Part shown: positions 1 to 8,669 of the stretch, one piece after another
Numbering within the stretch: position 1 is the stretch's first letter
Layout of the letters: every line of letters begins with the position of its first letter
Assembly: GCA_903924955.1 (NCBI GenBank)
Contig: CAIYDK010000137.1
Span: forward strand, 1-51,234
Origin: an uncultured beta proteobacterium
GTDB lineage: Bacteria; Pseudomonadota; Gammaproteobacteria; Burkholderiales; Burkholderiaceae_C
Direction: 5' to 3'
DNA: 51,234 nucleotides
Program-made: the position numbers and the translations under genes
The notes under the pieces: model-generated
The model's database searches: none
What the model was told of the DNA's origin: nothing
What the model saw: only the letters and a program-made list of their open reading frames with translations

Positions 1-329
1 AGACCAAAGCCCAGGGCCAGAGCACTGACCAGGGCGTCGGGTAACTGGAATACCAGGCGGCCAATGCCAAACACCAACAAAAGCACAGCTACCAGTGCCC
101 CGGCATAGGCCAGCGCTGCGCCCCACAACTGGCGAAAAGCCAGCCAGTTTAAGGTGGACAGGGCGGCCGCGGTGTTCCAGCTGATACCGGCGTGGTCTGC
201 CGCTTCGAAGCGCGTGAAGATTGGCAGGTAATAGCCGTTGCTGACCGGGCCAATGGCCGCGCGGTACAACGTGGTGGTGACGTCTTCTTGCGGGGCGGGT
301 GTGGTGGCGTCGAGCGTGGGTTCGATCAT
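1..329 (-). CDS. Partial membrane protein (N-terminus only), possibly a SPOR-domain protein with a DUF2628-like N-terminal region
   Basis: Not in the ORF track. ATG at 329, 3 nt after the mltB stop, and the frame is open to the window edge: MIEPTLDATTPAPQEDVTTTLYRAAIGPVSNGYYLPIFTRFEAADHAGISWNTAAALSTLNWLAFRQLWGAAL... with a WN..A..NWL.FRQLW motif and hydrophobic segments. The SPOR domain is recalled from similar proteins and is not visible here. Confidence 0.6.
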   Translation of the reverse strand, partial: MIEPTLDATTPAPQEDVTTTLYRAAIGPVSNGYYLPIFTRFEAADHAGISWNTAAALSTLNWLAFRQLWGAALAYAGALVAVLLLVFGIGRLVFQLPDALVSALALGFG

Positions 330-332
330 GGC

Positions 333-1487
333 CTATTTTGACATGGCCGCAGCCACTGCTTGCCCAAGTTCGATCACGGCCAGGGCGTAGTAGCTGCTCC
401 AGTTGTAGCGGGTGATGGCGTAGAAGTTCTCGGTGCCGGCCAGGTACAGCGCCGGTGCATCGCCATTTTGCAGTTCTACCAAGGCCAGTGGTCCGGGGTG
501 CATCAGCGCCAGGGCTTCGAGTTCGCCGCCTTTGGCGAGCATGTCGGCGGGCGTGAAGGTGGGAAGTATGTCGGGTGCCAATAATGTCGCCTTGTCGGCG
601 CCTTCGCTCGTCAAACGCACCGGGTAGTGGGTGGGCATGCCAGCCTTCCAGCCAAATGCCTTGAAGTAGTTGGCTACCGAGCCAATGACATCGGCTGCGC
701 TGTGGAACAGGTCAACCCGGCCATCGGCATCAAAGTCGATCGCGTATTTGTTCCAGCTCGATGGCATGAACTGGGGCAGGCCCATGGCGCCCGCGTAGCT
801 GCCACGCAGGGCCAGTGGGTCGGTTCCGGTGCGCTGGGTCAGGGTCAGAAAAGCTTCCAGCTCAGAGCGGAAAAAAGCACTGCGCTCAGCGGCCCTCGGA
901 TGTTCCTTGGGGAAGTCAAAGCTCAGCGTTGTCAGCGCGTCCATGACGCGGTAAGTGCCGATCTGTTGGCCGTAAATGGTTTCTACGCCGATGATGCCAA
1001 CGATGATGGCCGCTGGCACGCCCATCTGTTGCTCAGCGCGCGCAAGCGTTTCGCTGTTGTCCTGCCAAAACTTCACGCCCGCATGGATACGAATGGCATC
1101 GATGAACCGACTGCGGTACACGGTCCAGTTTTTGACCGTGCCGACCGGTGGCGGCGCAATGGCGCGGGCAATGCCCGGCATGAAATGTGATTGACCCACG
1201 GCATGGCGCACCCATTGCTGATCAAGCCCCAGGCGCTGCGCCATCTCGTCGGCCATGGCGAGCACCTCTGGGCGCTTGGCGTACAAGGGCCCCGTGGTCT
1301 CGGGTTTTCGACTGGCCTTGGTTGCGTGTTTAAGCTTTTTGATCGCTGGCGGCTTGTGCTTGTTTGCCTTGGTGGTACGCGGTTTTAGATCGGATTGGGC
1401 TGTAGCCCCCGTAGCGATTGCGCAGGCAGCTATAAAAAATATAGCACAACGAAGTGCAAAGCGGGTGGCAGTGTGGGTTAGGTTCAC
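333..1487 (-). CDS. mltB: Lytic murein transglycosylase B
   Basis: IIGVETIYG catalytic Glu motif, GSYAGAMGLPQFMPSS, EF-hand-like DFDADGRVDL, and NFYAITRYNWSSYYA. GTG start overlaps the upstream TGA. Confidence 0.93.
   Translation of the reverse strand: MNLTHTATRFALRCAIFFIAACAIATGATAQSDLKPRTTKANKHKPPAIKKLKHATKASRKPETTGPLYAKRPEVLAMADEMAQRLGLDQQWVRHAVGQSHFMPGIARAIAPPPVGTVKNWTVYRSRFIDAIRIHAGVKFWQDNSETLARAEQQMGVPAAIIVGIIGVETIYGQQIGTYRVMDALTTLSFDFPKEHPRAAERSAFFRSELEAFLTLTQRTGTDPLALRGSYAGAMGLPQFMPSSWNKYAIDFDADGRVDLFHSAADVIGSVANYFKAFGWKAGMPTHYPVRLTSEGADKATLLAPDILPTFTPADMLAKGGELEALALMHPGPLALVELQNGDAPALYLAGTENFYAITRYNWSSYYALAVIELGQAVAAAMSK
1404..1446 (-). repeat. Dispersed 43-bp motif, copy A (in frame in the MltB signal peptide)
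   Basis: TGCTAT ATTTTTT ATAGCT GCCTG CGC AATCGCT ACGGGGGCT; aligns without gaps to the other copies. Confidence 0.85.
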
Positions 1488-3511
1488 GGCTTGGATTCAC
1501 GGGGTGCGGTGGGCCAGGGCAGGCGACGGAATTCGCGTTGCAGTGTACCCAGTTGCGCAGGCAGCGAGGCCGGTGCGTAACGCCAGGCTTCCATTTGCAG
1601 CAGCCAGCCGCAAAGCGCTGGCAGCGTTGCGTCGTCATCACCCAGGCGTTGGCGCAACAGCGCGGCCATCTGGCGTGGTGGGGTGGTGTCTGATGCTTCC
1701 AGACCGGCTTTGCGCAGGCGCTGCGCTGCGCCATGCAGCAGGCGCAGCCAGGGGTCCTGGCGGTGTTTTTCCCACAGGGTCCAGGCGGCACCCAACAGGC
1801 TGGCCGCTACGACCAAGGCAATTAGCACGGTGGCCAGGTCCTCCCAACTGGGTGATTCGAAACCCAGGTTGCGCAACAGGTTGAGCTGTTTGCTTTGCGA
1901 GTAGTTCAGCACCCACTGGTTCCAGCTGTTGTTGGCGGCGTCCCACAACGCACGCAACTGGACCCCGAACGCCGGGCTCACGCGGGCGAGCGCCTGCGCC
2001 AGCACGTTGCGGGGTGCCTCCAGCCGCACCAGGCTGCCGATGCGCCCGGGTGCCACCGCCGACGTGGGGTCCACCCGTACCCAGCCCTGGCCCGCGATCC
2101 AGACCTCGGTCCAGGCGTGGGCATCGCTTTGTCGCACCGTCCAGAAACCGTCGACCGAGTTGACTGAGCCACCCTGATAACCGGTGACGACGCGCGCCGG
2201 AATGCCCAGTGCCCGCATCAGCAGTACAAAGCTTGAGGCAATGTGCTCGCAAAAGCCTTCCTTGCGGTCGAACCAGAATTCATCAGCGGTGTGTGTGCCA
2301 AACACACCGGGCTCCAGCGTGTAGCTGTAGCCACCGGTGCGCAGACGCTCCATGACGGCGTCGACCATGGTTTGGTTGTTGGCACTGGCGTAACGCGGGT
2401 CGCGCCGCATCTCGTTTGCCAGTTGCAATGTGCGGGGGTTGAAGGTGGCGGGCAACCTCAGGTAGTCTTGTAAACCACTCACTTTGACCAGCGGGCCGTG
2501 GCGAAACGCCGGGTGGCTTTGCGCGGAGTAGCGCACCAGTTCGGTGACGGGGCGGTCGGCAATCCACTGCAGTTCGGGCGTCATGGTGGCGCGGTAACCG
2601 CTCAGCGCAGGGCGGGTATCTGTAGCATCCAGCACCATGATCCATGGTCGGTTGTTGGGCTCCAGAGTGACCTGGTAGGAAACGACCGGGCCTTGCACTT
2701 CCAGTTCGGCGGGTAGCGGAGGGCGGAACGACAGGCTGCTTTGCAGTGGCCGCCATTCGCGTCCGTCAAACGTGGTCAGAACCGGTCCGCGGAAGTAGAT
2801 CTCGCTTTGGTGCGGTGGCGTGCCGTCAAACCGCACCCGCATGGCAATGCTTTCGTCCAGTGCCAGGCTTGCAATGCTGCCTACTTGCATGCTGGCGGAC
2901 AGCCCGCTGCGTGCCCCCGGCGCCTCACCCGGGACACCCCACAGCGGCGCGATGCGCGGGAACAGCACAAACAGCACGGCCATGATGGGTGCGCCCAGCA
3001 AAGCCATCCAGCCGGCAGTTTTTGCCGCCAGCATGAGCGGCGGACGGCCCACTGGCATATGGCTGTTGACCAGGGCGGTGAGCAGGCCCAAGAGGCCCAG
3101 CAGCATGGCCATGGCAGTGGGTAGACTTTGTGACACGAAAAAGTTGCTCAGCAGGGTGAAAAAGCCCAGAAAGAAGACTACAAACGCATCCCGCTGGCTG
3201 CGCATTTCCAGTGTTTTGAGGCTGAGTAACACCACGACGTAGGTCACGCCTGCCTCCTGTCCCAGTAGCGTGCGGTGGGTGAAATAGGTGGCCCCGGTTG
3301 CCAGCAGCAGCAGGCTTGCCATCCACCAGCGTGATGGCAGGGTATAGCCCCGTACAGCGATGTAGCCTCGCCACAGCAACAGGCTTGCGGCCAATGCGCT
3401 GCACCACTGTGGCAGGTTGCTGATTTGCGGCGCAATCACCCAGGCAATGACCAACAGCAGGAACAGCGTGTCACGTGCTTCGCGGGGCAGGTTTTTGAGG
3501 GTGCGCAGCAT
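1484..3511 (-). CDS. Transglutaminase-like membrane protein, TgpA family (DUF3488 + TG core + DUF4129-like)
   Basis: Multi-TM N-terminus; GFCEHIA catalytic Cys, AHAWTEVW His, and RVDPT Asp triad motifs. Confidence 0.9.
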   Translation of the reverse strand: MLRTLKNLPREARDTLFLLLVIAWVIAPQISNLPQWCSALAASLLLWRGYIAVRGYTLPSRWWMASLLLLATGATYFTHRTLLGQEAGVTYVVVLLSLKTLEMRSQRDAFVVFFLGFFTLLSNFFVSQSLPTAMAMLLGLLGLLTALVNSHMPVGRPPLMLAAKTAGWMALLGAPIMAVLFVLFPRIAPLWGVPGEAPGARSGLSASMQVGSIASLALDESIAMRVRFDGTPPHQSEIYFRGPVLTTFDGREWRPLQSSLSFRPPLPAELEVQGPVVSYQVTLEPNNRPWIMVLDATDTRPALSGYRATMTPELQWIADRPVTELVRYSAQSHPAFRHGPLVKVSGLQDYLRLPATFNPRTLQLANEMRRDPRYASANNQTMVDAVMERLRTGGYSYTLEPGVFGTHTADEFWFDRKEGFCEHIASSFVLLMRALGIPARVVTGYQGGSVNSVDGFWTVRQSDAHAWTEVWIAGQGWVRVDPTSAVAPGRIGSLVRLEAPRNVLAQALARVSPAFGVQLRALWDAANNSWNQWVLNYSQSKQLNLLRNLGFESPSWEDLATVLIALVVAASLLGAAWTLWEKHRQDPWLRLLHGAAQRLRKAGLEASDTTPPRQMAALLRQRLGDDDATLPALCGWLLQMEAWRYAPASLPAQLGTLQREFRRLPWPTAPRESKP

Positions 3512-3513
3512 GG

Positions 3514-4515
3514 TCAGCTACCCATCAGCGCCAGCGCCTGCAGGCAGTTCTTCTTGTGGGCTTCGCCACTGCCAGGGGGTAATTCCTGGCCGCCGACGCG
3601 CAGCCCGTATTGCAGTCCCTGCTTGTCGGCCAGCAGCACCCATGCGCACAGACGTGACAGGGATTGCTCCAGCGCAATCCCGCCCGCCACTGTGCCGGTT
3701 CCCAGACCGGAAACGCCAGAAATGCCGGTGTGGGCCAGGTCCAGCCACAACTCGAACCGCTGCACCTGCTGGGCATCGCGACTGACCAGGGTGTCGGTCT
3801 TGGCGGTCTTTTTCCAGACCACCTGCTTCAAAGGGTCGCCACGGCGGTAGGGGCGAATGCCATCAAACTCGCCCGTGCTCTGGCGTTGCACCGTGGCCTG
3901 GCCGCCGGCTCGCGGCTCGCCGGGTGGCAGGGGCGGTGGATGCAATTCGGGTGCCGGGTAGACCAGCACCTGCGCGGCGGGTCGCCAGACCGTCCACACT
4001 CGAAAGGTTCCCAGCGGAAAGCGGGTTTCGGCGGTGAGCGCCGGTACGCGGTGCAGGCCCCGCCGTTGAGGTTGAAAGGCCACTTGCACCCGGGCGCTGC
4101 CCTGCGCGGGAACATCGGTCCAGCTCCAGTGGTTGGTTCCCATCATGGCCAGACCAATGCCATAACGCGGGCTGCGCCGCTGGCTCAGAATGTTGACGCC
4201 AATTGTGACGATAGCCCCCGCGAAATGTGCGTCAGGTGCTATCAAATTCATAGTTATTCCACGCAAGGTCCCGTGGCAAACGTGCATACCAACCACCGCG
4301 CTGCCGGTGAGCAGAAAGGTCAGTACATAGCCCAGGTTGAGCTGGTAGTTGATGGACGCCACCAGCAGCACCGCCAGCGTTAGCCCCAGCATGAAGCCCG
4401 GCGCGGTGGGCAGGATGTAGACGTTGCGCTGCGTCAGCGTGACCGTGTCGCGCGGGGAGATACGGTTGACGAACCACTGGTTGACGCGCGCACGCGCAGT
4501 CGCGATGGGATTCAT
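3514..4515 (-). CDS. DUF58 domain-containing protein
   Basis: TRFPLG..R.W, LVYPAP and EFDGIRPYRRGDPLKQVVWK motifs; lies between MoxR and transglutaminase. Confidence 0.9.
   Translation of the reverse strand: MNPIATARARVNQWFVNRISPRDTVTLTQRNVYILPTAPGFMLGLTLAVLLVASINYQLNLGYVLTFLLTGSAVVGMHVCHGTLRGITMNLIAPDAHFAGAIVTIGVNILSQRRSPRYGIGLAMMGTNHWSWTDVPAQGSARVQVAFQPQRRGLHRVPALTAETRFPLGTFRVWTVWRPAAQVLVYPAPELHPPPLPPGEPRAGGQATVQRQSTGEFDGIRPYRRGDPLKQVVWKKTAKTDTLVSRDAQQVQRFELWLDLAHTGISGVSGLGTGTVAGGIALEQSLSRLCAWVLLADKQGLQYGLRVGGQELPPGSGEAHKKNCLQALALMGS
4213..4255 (-). repeat. Dispersed 43-bp motif, copy E (in frame inside the DUF58 gene)
   Basis: AACTAT GAATTTG ATAGCA CCTGA CGC ACATTTC GCGGGGGCT; encodes TMNLIAPDAHFAGA in the same frame as copy A. 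Confidence 0.8.
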
Positions 4516-5435
4516 CAGGGTAACGGCACGGCGGCGAGCATGGCGCGTACTTGCTCCACGGAGCCGCGGCCCGCGTCACCGACGGGGATCAGGCGGTGGG
4601 CAATGGTTTGGGGCAGGATGGCCTGCACATCGTCGGGTGCCACATAGTCGCGCCCACTCAGCAGGGCCTGTGCCTTGGCAGCGCGCACCACGGCAATGCC
4701 GGCGCGCGGCGACAGTCCCTGCAAAAACCACTGGCCGGAGCGCGTGGCGGCAATCAGGTCTTGCACGTAGTCGAGCAACGGGGCGGCGGCGTGCACCGCC
4801 AAAACCTGATGCTGCAATTGCTGCAACTGCGCTTGCGAGAGCAGGCTGGGCAGGCGCTCCACAATGTCGCGGCGGTCATGACCCAGCAGCAGTTCGCGCT
4901 CGGCCATACGGTCGGGGTATCCGAGTGAGATCCGCATCAGAAAGCGGTCCATCTGGGACTCGGGCAGGGCGTAGGTGCCCAACTGGTCCAGCGGGTTTTG
5001 CGTGGCAATCACAAAGAACGGCAGGGGCAGGGGCCGGGTTTCGCCCTCAATCGTGACCTGCTTTTCTTCCATCGCTTCGAGCAGGGCGCTTTGTGTCTTT
5101 GGGCTGGCGCGGTTGATCTCATCGGCCAGCAGCACCTGGGCAAAAATCGGACCGGGGTGGAAGACAAAGGCCTCCTTGCCGCGCTCGTAGATGGACACGC
5201 CGGAGAGGTCGCTGGGCATCAGATCCGAGGTGAACTGCACCCGCGAGAACTGCAGCCCAAAGGTTCGGGCCAGCGCGTGCGCCAGCGTGGTCTTTCCCAC
5301 CCCCGGCACGTCATCAATCAGCAAATGGCCACCGGCCAGCAGGCACGCAACACAATCCTGTATTTGTGCGGATTTGCCGACGATCACCGTGTTAAGCTGA
5401 TCCAGCAGAGATTTGAGTTTATGTTGTGCGTCCAT
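4515..5435 (-). CDS. MoxR family AAA+ ATPase
   Basis: DVPGVGKT Walker A, RVQFTSDLMPSD, LLADEINRASPKTQSALLEAMEE, ATQNP, and LPESQMDRF. Confidence 0.95.
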   Translation of the reverse strand: MDAQHKLKSLLDQLNTVIVGKSAQIQDCVACLLAGGHLLIDDVPGVGKTTLAHALARTFGLQFSRVQFTSDLMPSDLSGVSIYERGKEAFVFHPGPIFAQVLLADEINRASPKTQSALLEAMEEKQVTIEGETRPLPLPFFVIATQNPLDQLGTYALPESQMDRFLMRISLGYPDRMAERELLLGHDRRDIVERLPSLLSQAQLQQLQHQVLAVHAAAPLLDYVQDLIAATRSGQWFLQGLSPRAGIAVVRAAKAQALLSGRDYVAPDDVQAILPQTIAHRLIPVGDAGRGSVEQVRAMLAAVPLP

Positions 5436-5476
5436 GCCAGGACGTTACCCGAAAATTTTGAGATGCGAGTGCTCAG

Positions 5477-6430
5477 GTGAACAAGACCGGATACTTTACC
5501 CACCCCGATTGCTGGAAACACGAAATGGGAGCGGGTCACCCCGAATGCCCCGAACGGCTCGATGCCATCGAAAACCGCCTGCTGGTCAGCGGTGTAGGTG
5601 ATGCGCTACAGCGGCGTGAAGTCCCGGAGGCGCCGATTGCCGACATCGAACTGGCCCACGGCCGCATGTATGTGGCGGCACTGCGCGGCCTGACTGACGG
5701 TCTGCGCGAAGAAATTGAGGCCGGTGGCCCCACCCATGCCCAGATCGACCCTGACACTTCGCTCAATGTGCACACTTGGGACGCCGCCTTGCGCGCAGCA
5801 GGAGCCGCCGTTGCCGCCACCGATGCGGTTATGGCGGGTGAACTGGATAACGCATTCTGCTCGGTGCGTCCCCCAGGCCACCACGCCTGCAAGGACAAGG
5901 CCATGGGGTTTTGCTTTTTCAACAACGTGGCCATTGCCGCCCGGTATGCGCTGGAGCGCCATGGCCTCAAACGGGTGGCGATTGTTGACTTTGATGTCCA
6001 CCACGGCAATGGCACAGAAAACATCGTTGCGGGTGACCAGCGCATTTTGATGGTCAGCTTCTTCCAGCACCCTTTTTACCCGGACGGCGGTGCACGCTCG
6101 AATGCCAGCAACCTGGTGAACGTGCCGGTTCCTGCTTACACCAAAGGGCAGCAGGTGCGTGACCTGATTGAGGCGCACTGGTTGCCACGGCTGGATGCCT
6201 ACAAGCCCGAGATGGTGTTCATCAGCGCCGGGTTCGACGCCCATCGCGCTGACGACATGGGGCAAATGGGGCTGGTCGAGGCGGACTACGCCTGGATCAC
6301 CCATCGCATCATGGAGGTGGCGCAGCGCCACGCCAAGGGGCGCGTGGTGTCGTGTCTGGAAGGGGGTTACAACCTGGACGCATTGGCCTTTAGCGTGGAA
6401 TCGCACATTCGTGTGCTGGCAGACTTTTGA
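5477..6430 (+). CDS. Histone deacetylase family protein (Zn-dependent amidohydrolase)
   Basis: HPECPERL, RPPGHHA, GFCFFNN, DFDVHHGNGT, SAGFDAH, and LEGGY. Confidence 0.95.
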   Translation: MNKTGYFTHPDCWKHEMGAGHPECPERLDAIENRLLVSGVGDALQRREVPEAPIADIELAHGRMYVAALRGLTDGLREEIEAGGPTHAQIDPDTSLNVHTWDAALRAAGAAVAATDAVMAGELDNAFCSVRPPGHHACKDKAMGFCFFNNVAIAARYALERHGLKRVAIVDFDVHHGNGTENIVAGDQRILMVSFFQHPFYPDGGARSNASNLVNVPVPAYTKGQQVRDLIEAHWLPRLDAYKPEMVFISAGFDAHRADDMGQMGLVEADYAWITHRIMEVAQRHAKGRVVSCLEGGYNLDALAFSVESHIRVLADF

Positions 6431-7710
6431 TGGGCAAGGTAGTCCACGTCCCTGCACCGCAGCCGATTGACGATCTGGAGGGCTGGCTGGCAGCTTTTAC
6501 CCAACCTACCGTGTTGGTGGAACTGCTGGTGCTGTTCGCCTGTGTCGCGCTGGCCTGGGGCTTGGTTGTTTTGTTGCGCAAAGCGCTGAGTGCACACGAT
6601 GGACGTTCCATTTTTTTCGGCCGTCGCGCAGTAGATGGCGTTCTTTTTCCACTGGTGTTGTTATGCCTTGGCTACCTTGCGCGCGCCGTTCTCGATCAAT
6701 GGGCCACGGTGGCTGTGTTCAAGGTCGTCATACCGGTTCTGGTTGCATTGGTGGTCATTCGAATTGGCGTCAAGGTTTTGCGGGTCGCGTTTGAAGAGGC
6801 GCGCTGGGCACGTTCGCTAGAGCACACTATTTCCTGGGTCGCCTGGGTTGCCATGGTGCTGTGGGTCAGTGGCTTGCTGCCGGTTGTGCTGAATGAACTG
6901 GACCAGATCAGCTGGAAGGTGGGTGGGGCGAATCTGTCGGTGCGCAACATCATCGAAGGTTTGTTAACCGCGGGCGCAGTGCTGATCATCACATTGTGGA
7001 TTTCCTCTGCCCTGGAGGCACGGTTGCTGCGCTCAGCCACGGGTGGTGAGCTGTCTCTTCGAAAGGCTGTGAGCAACGCCACGCGGGCCTTGCTGATGTT
7101 TGTGGGGCTGATGCTGGCCCTGTCGGCAGTCGGGATTGATTTGACCGCACTTTCCGTTTTGGGCGGCGCAGTGGGCGTCGGTATTGGCATGGGCCTGCAA
7201 AAGTTGACGGCCAATTACATCAGCGGTTTTGTGATTTTGGCCGAGCGCAGCATGCGCATTGGCGACTGCGTGCGGGTGGATGGGTTTGAAGGGTTCATCA
7301 CCCAGATCAACGCTCGCTACACCGTGGTGCGGTCGCAAACAGGGCGCGAATCCATTGTCCCCAATGAGTTGTTGATCACCAGTCGGGTTGAAAACCTTTC
7401 ATTGGCGGATTCGCGCGTGAGCCAGAGCACCGTGGTTTCGGTCGGTTATGCCAGTGATGTGGAATTGGTCATGCAGTTGCTGCTGACTGCCGCGCTGGGG
7501 CAGGAGCGTGTACTGCGTGACCCCGCGCCCGCCGCGAATCTGACCAACTTCGGCGCCGATGGGCTGGAGTTCACGCTGGTCTACTGGATTAACGATATCG
7601 AAAATGGCCCCGGTAATTTGCGGTCCCTGGTTAATCTGGCAATTTTGAAGGCGTTGCGCGACAACGGTATCGATATTCCCTACCCGCAGCGGGTGGTGCA
7701 TAGCCGCTGA
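6430..7710 (+). CDS. MscS family mechanosensitive channel
   Basis: Multi-TM N-terminus; GGAVGVGIGMGLQKLTANYISG, IVPNELLIT and IDIPYPQRVVH. ATG overlaps the HDAC stop. Confidence 0.92.
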   Translation: MGKVVHVPAPQPIDDLEGWLAAFTQPTVLVELLVLFACVALAWGLVVLLRKALSAHDGRSIFFGRRAVDGVLFPLVLLCLGYLARAVLDQWATVAVFKVVIPVLVALVVIRIGVKVLRVAFEEARWARSLEHTISWVAWVAMVLWVSGLLPVVLNELDQISWKVGGANLSVRNIIEGLLTAGAVLIITLWISSALEARLLRSATGGELSLRKAVSNATRALLMFVGLMLALSAVGIDLTALSVLGGAVGVGIGMGLQKLTANYISGFVILAERSMRIGDCVRVDGFEGFITQINARYTVVRSQTGRESIVPNELLITSRVENLSLADSRVSQSTVVSVGYASDVELVMQLLLTAALGQERVLRDPAPAANLTNFGADGLEFTLVYWINDIENGPGNLRSLVNLAILKALRDNGIDIPYPQRVVHSR

Positions 7711-7742
7711 GCGTTGGTGACAATCGGGGGTTTTTGGGGGGC

Positions 7743-7770
7743 TTGCACAAAGCGCTCTCGCGACTATAAT
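7743..7770 (+). promoter_or_regulatory. Sigma70 promoter of etfBA
   Basis: TTGCAC-16 bp-TATAAT. Confidence 0.65.
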
Positions 7771-7774
7771 CAGA

Positions 7775-7794
7775 AAAAGCACGATCGTTCTATT
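7775..7794. promoter_or_regulatory. Putative FadP (TetR-family, fatty-acid degradation) operator
   Basis: Near-palindrome AAAAGCACGATCGTTCTATT over the predicted start site; resembles the Burkholderiales FadP motif as recalled. Confidence 0.6.
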
Positions 7795-7862
7795 TTAACC
7801 TTTTGGCCTATTTGGCCATCTGTTTGATGTCTTGGAGCGCGTCGCGGCATAGAATCGAAGAG

Positions 7863-7878
7863 TTGACGTATACGTCAA
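7863..7878. promoter_or_regulatory. Putative LiuR (MerR-family) operator
   Basis: Perfect 16-bp palindrome TTGACGTATACGTCAA just after a second TAGAAT -10 (7850-7855) upstream of etfB. Confidence 0.7.
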
Positions 7879-7917
7879 GTAGACAAACCAATTTGTAACC
7901 ATCTGGAGCGCAAGCAA

Positions 7918-8667
7918 ATGAAAGTCCTGGTAAGCGTAAAACGCGTGGTCGATTACAACGTGAAGGTTCGAGTCAAGTCCGACGGAACCGGCGTGGATAT
8001 CGCCAACGTCAAGATGAGCATGAACCCCTTTGACGAAATCGCGGTTGAGGAAGCGGTTCGACTGAAGGAAAAGGGCGTGGTTACGGAAATCATTGCCGTA
8101 TCCTGCGGCGTGACCCAGTGCCAGGAAACCTTGCGCACCGCCATGGCCATCGGCGCGGATCGCGCTATTCTGGTCGAGACCGCAGTTGAGTTGCAACCGC
8201 TGGCCGTGGCCAAGCTGCTCAAAGCGTTGATTGACAAAGAGCAGCCCGGTCTGGTCATTCTGGGCAAACAAGCCATTGATGACGATTGCAACCAGACCGG
8301 TCAGATGTTGGCCGCGCTGGCCGATTTGCCACAAGGTACCTTTGCCAGCAAGGTTGAAATTGTCGACGGCAAGGCCCTGATTACCCGCGAGGTGGACGGT
8401 GGCTCTGAAACCGTTTCGCTGACCCTGCCAGCGGTCATTACCACTGACTTGCGTCTGAACGAGCCACGTTATGTGACTCTGCCCAACATCATGAAGGCCA
8501 AGAAAAAGCCCATGGAAACACTAACCCCCGAAGCATTGGGTGTGGATGTAACTCCCCGCATCAAGACGCTCAAAGTGGTCGAGCCTGCCAAGCGCAGCGC
8601 GGGTATCAAGGTGCCTGACGTTGCCACACTGGTAGCGAAACTGAAAACTGAAGCGAAAGTAATCTGA
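7918..8667 (+). CDS. etfB: Electron transfer flavoprotein beta subunit
   Basis: [33 protein letters not shown] and [17 protein letters not shown]. Confidence 0.97.
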   Translation: MKVLVSVKRVVDYNVKVRVKSDGTGVDIANVKMSMNPFDEIAVEEAVRLKEKGVVTEIIAVSCGVTQCQETLRTAMAIGADRAILVETAVELQPLAVAKLLKALIDKEQPGLVILGKQAIDDDCNQTGQMLAALADLPQGTFASKVEIVDGKALITREVDGGSETVSLTLPAVITTDLRLNEPRYVTLPNIMKAKKKPMETLTPEALGVDVTPRIKTLKVVEPAKRSAGIKVPDVATLVAKLKTEAKVI

Positions 8668-8669
8668 TC

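Noticed and set aside
7690-7743. ATAGCC...CGGGGG after mscS as another motif copy
   Set aside because: Spacing is off by 3 nt and there is no first half-site.
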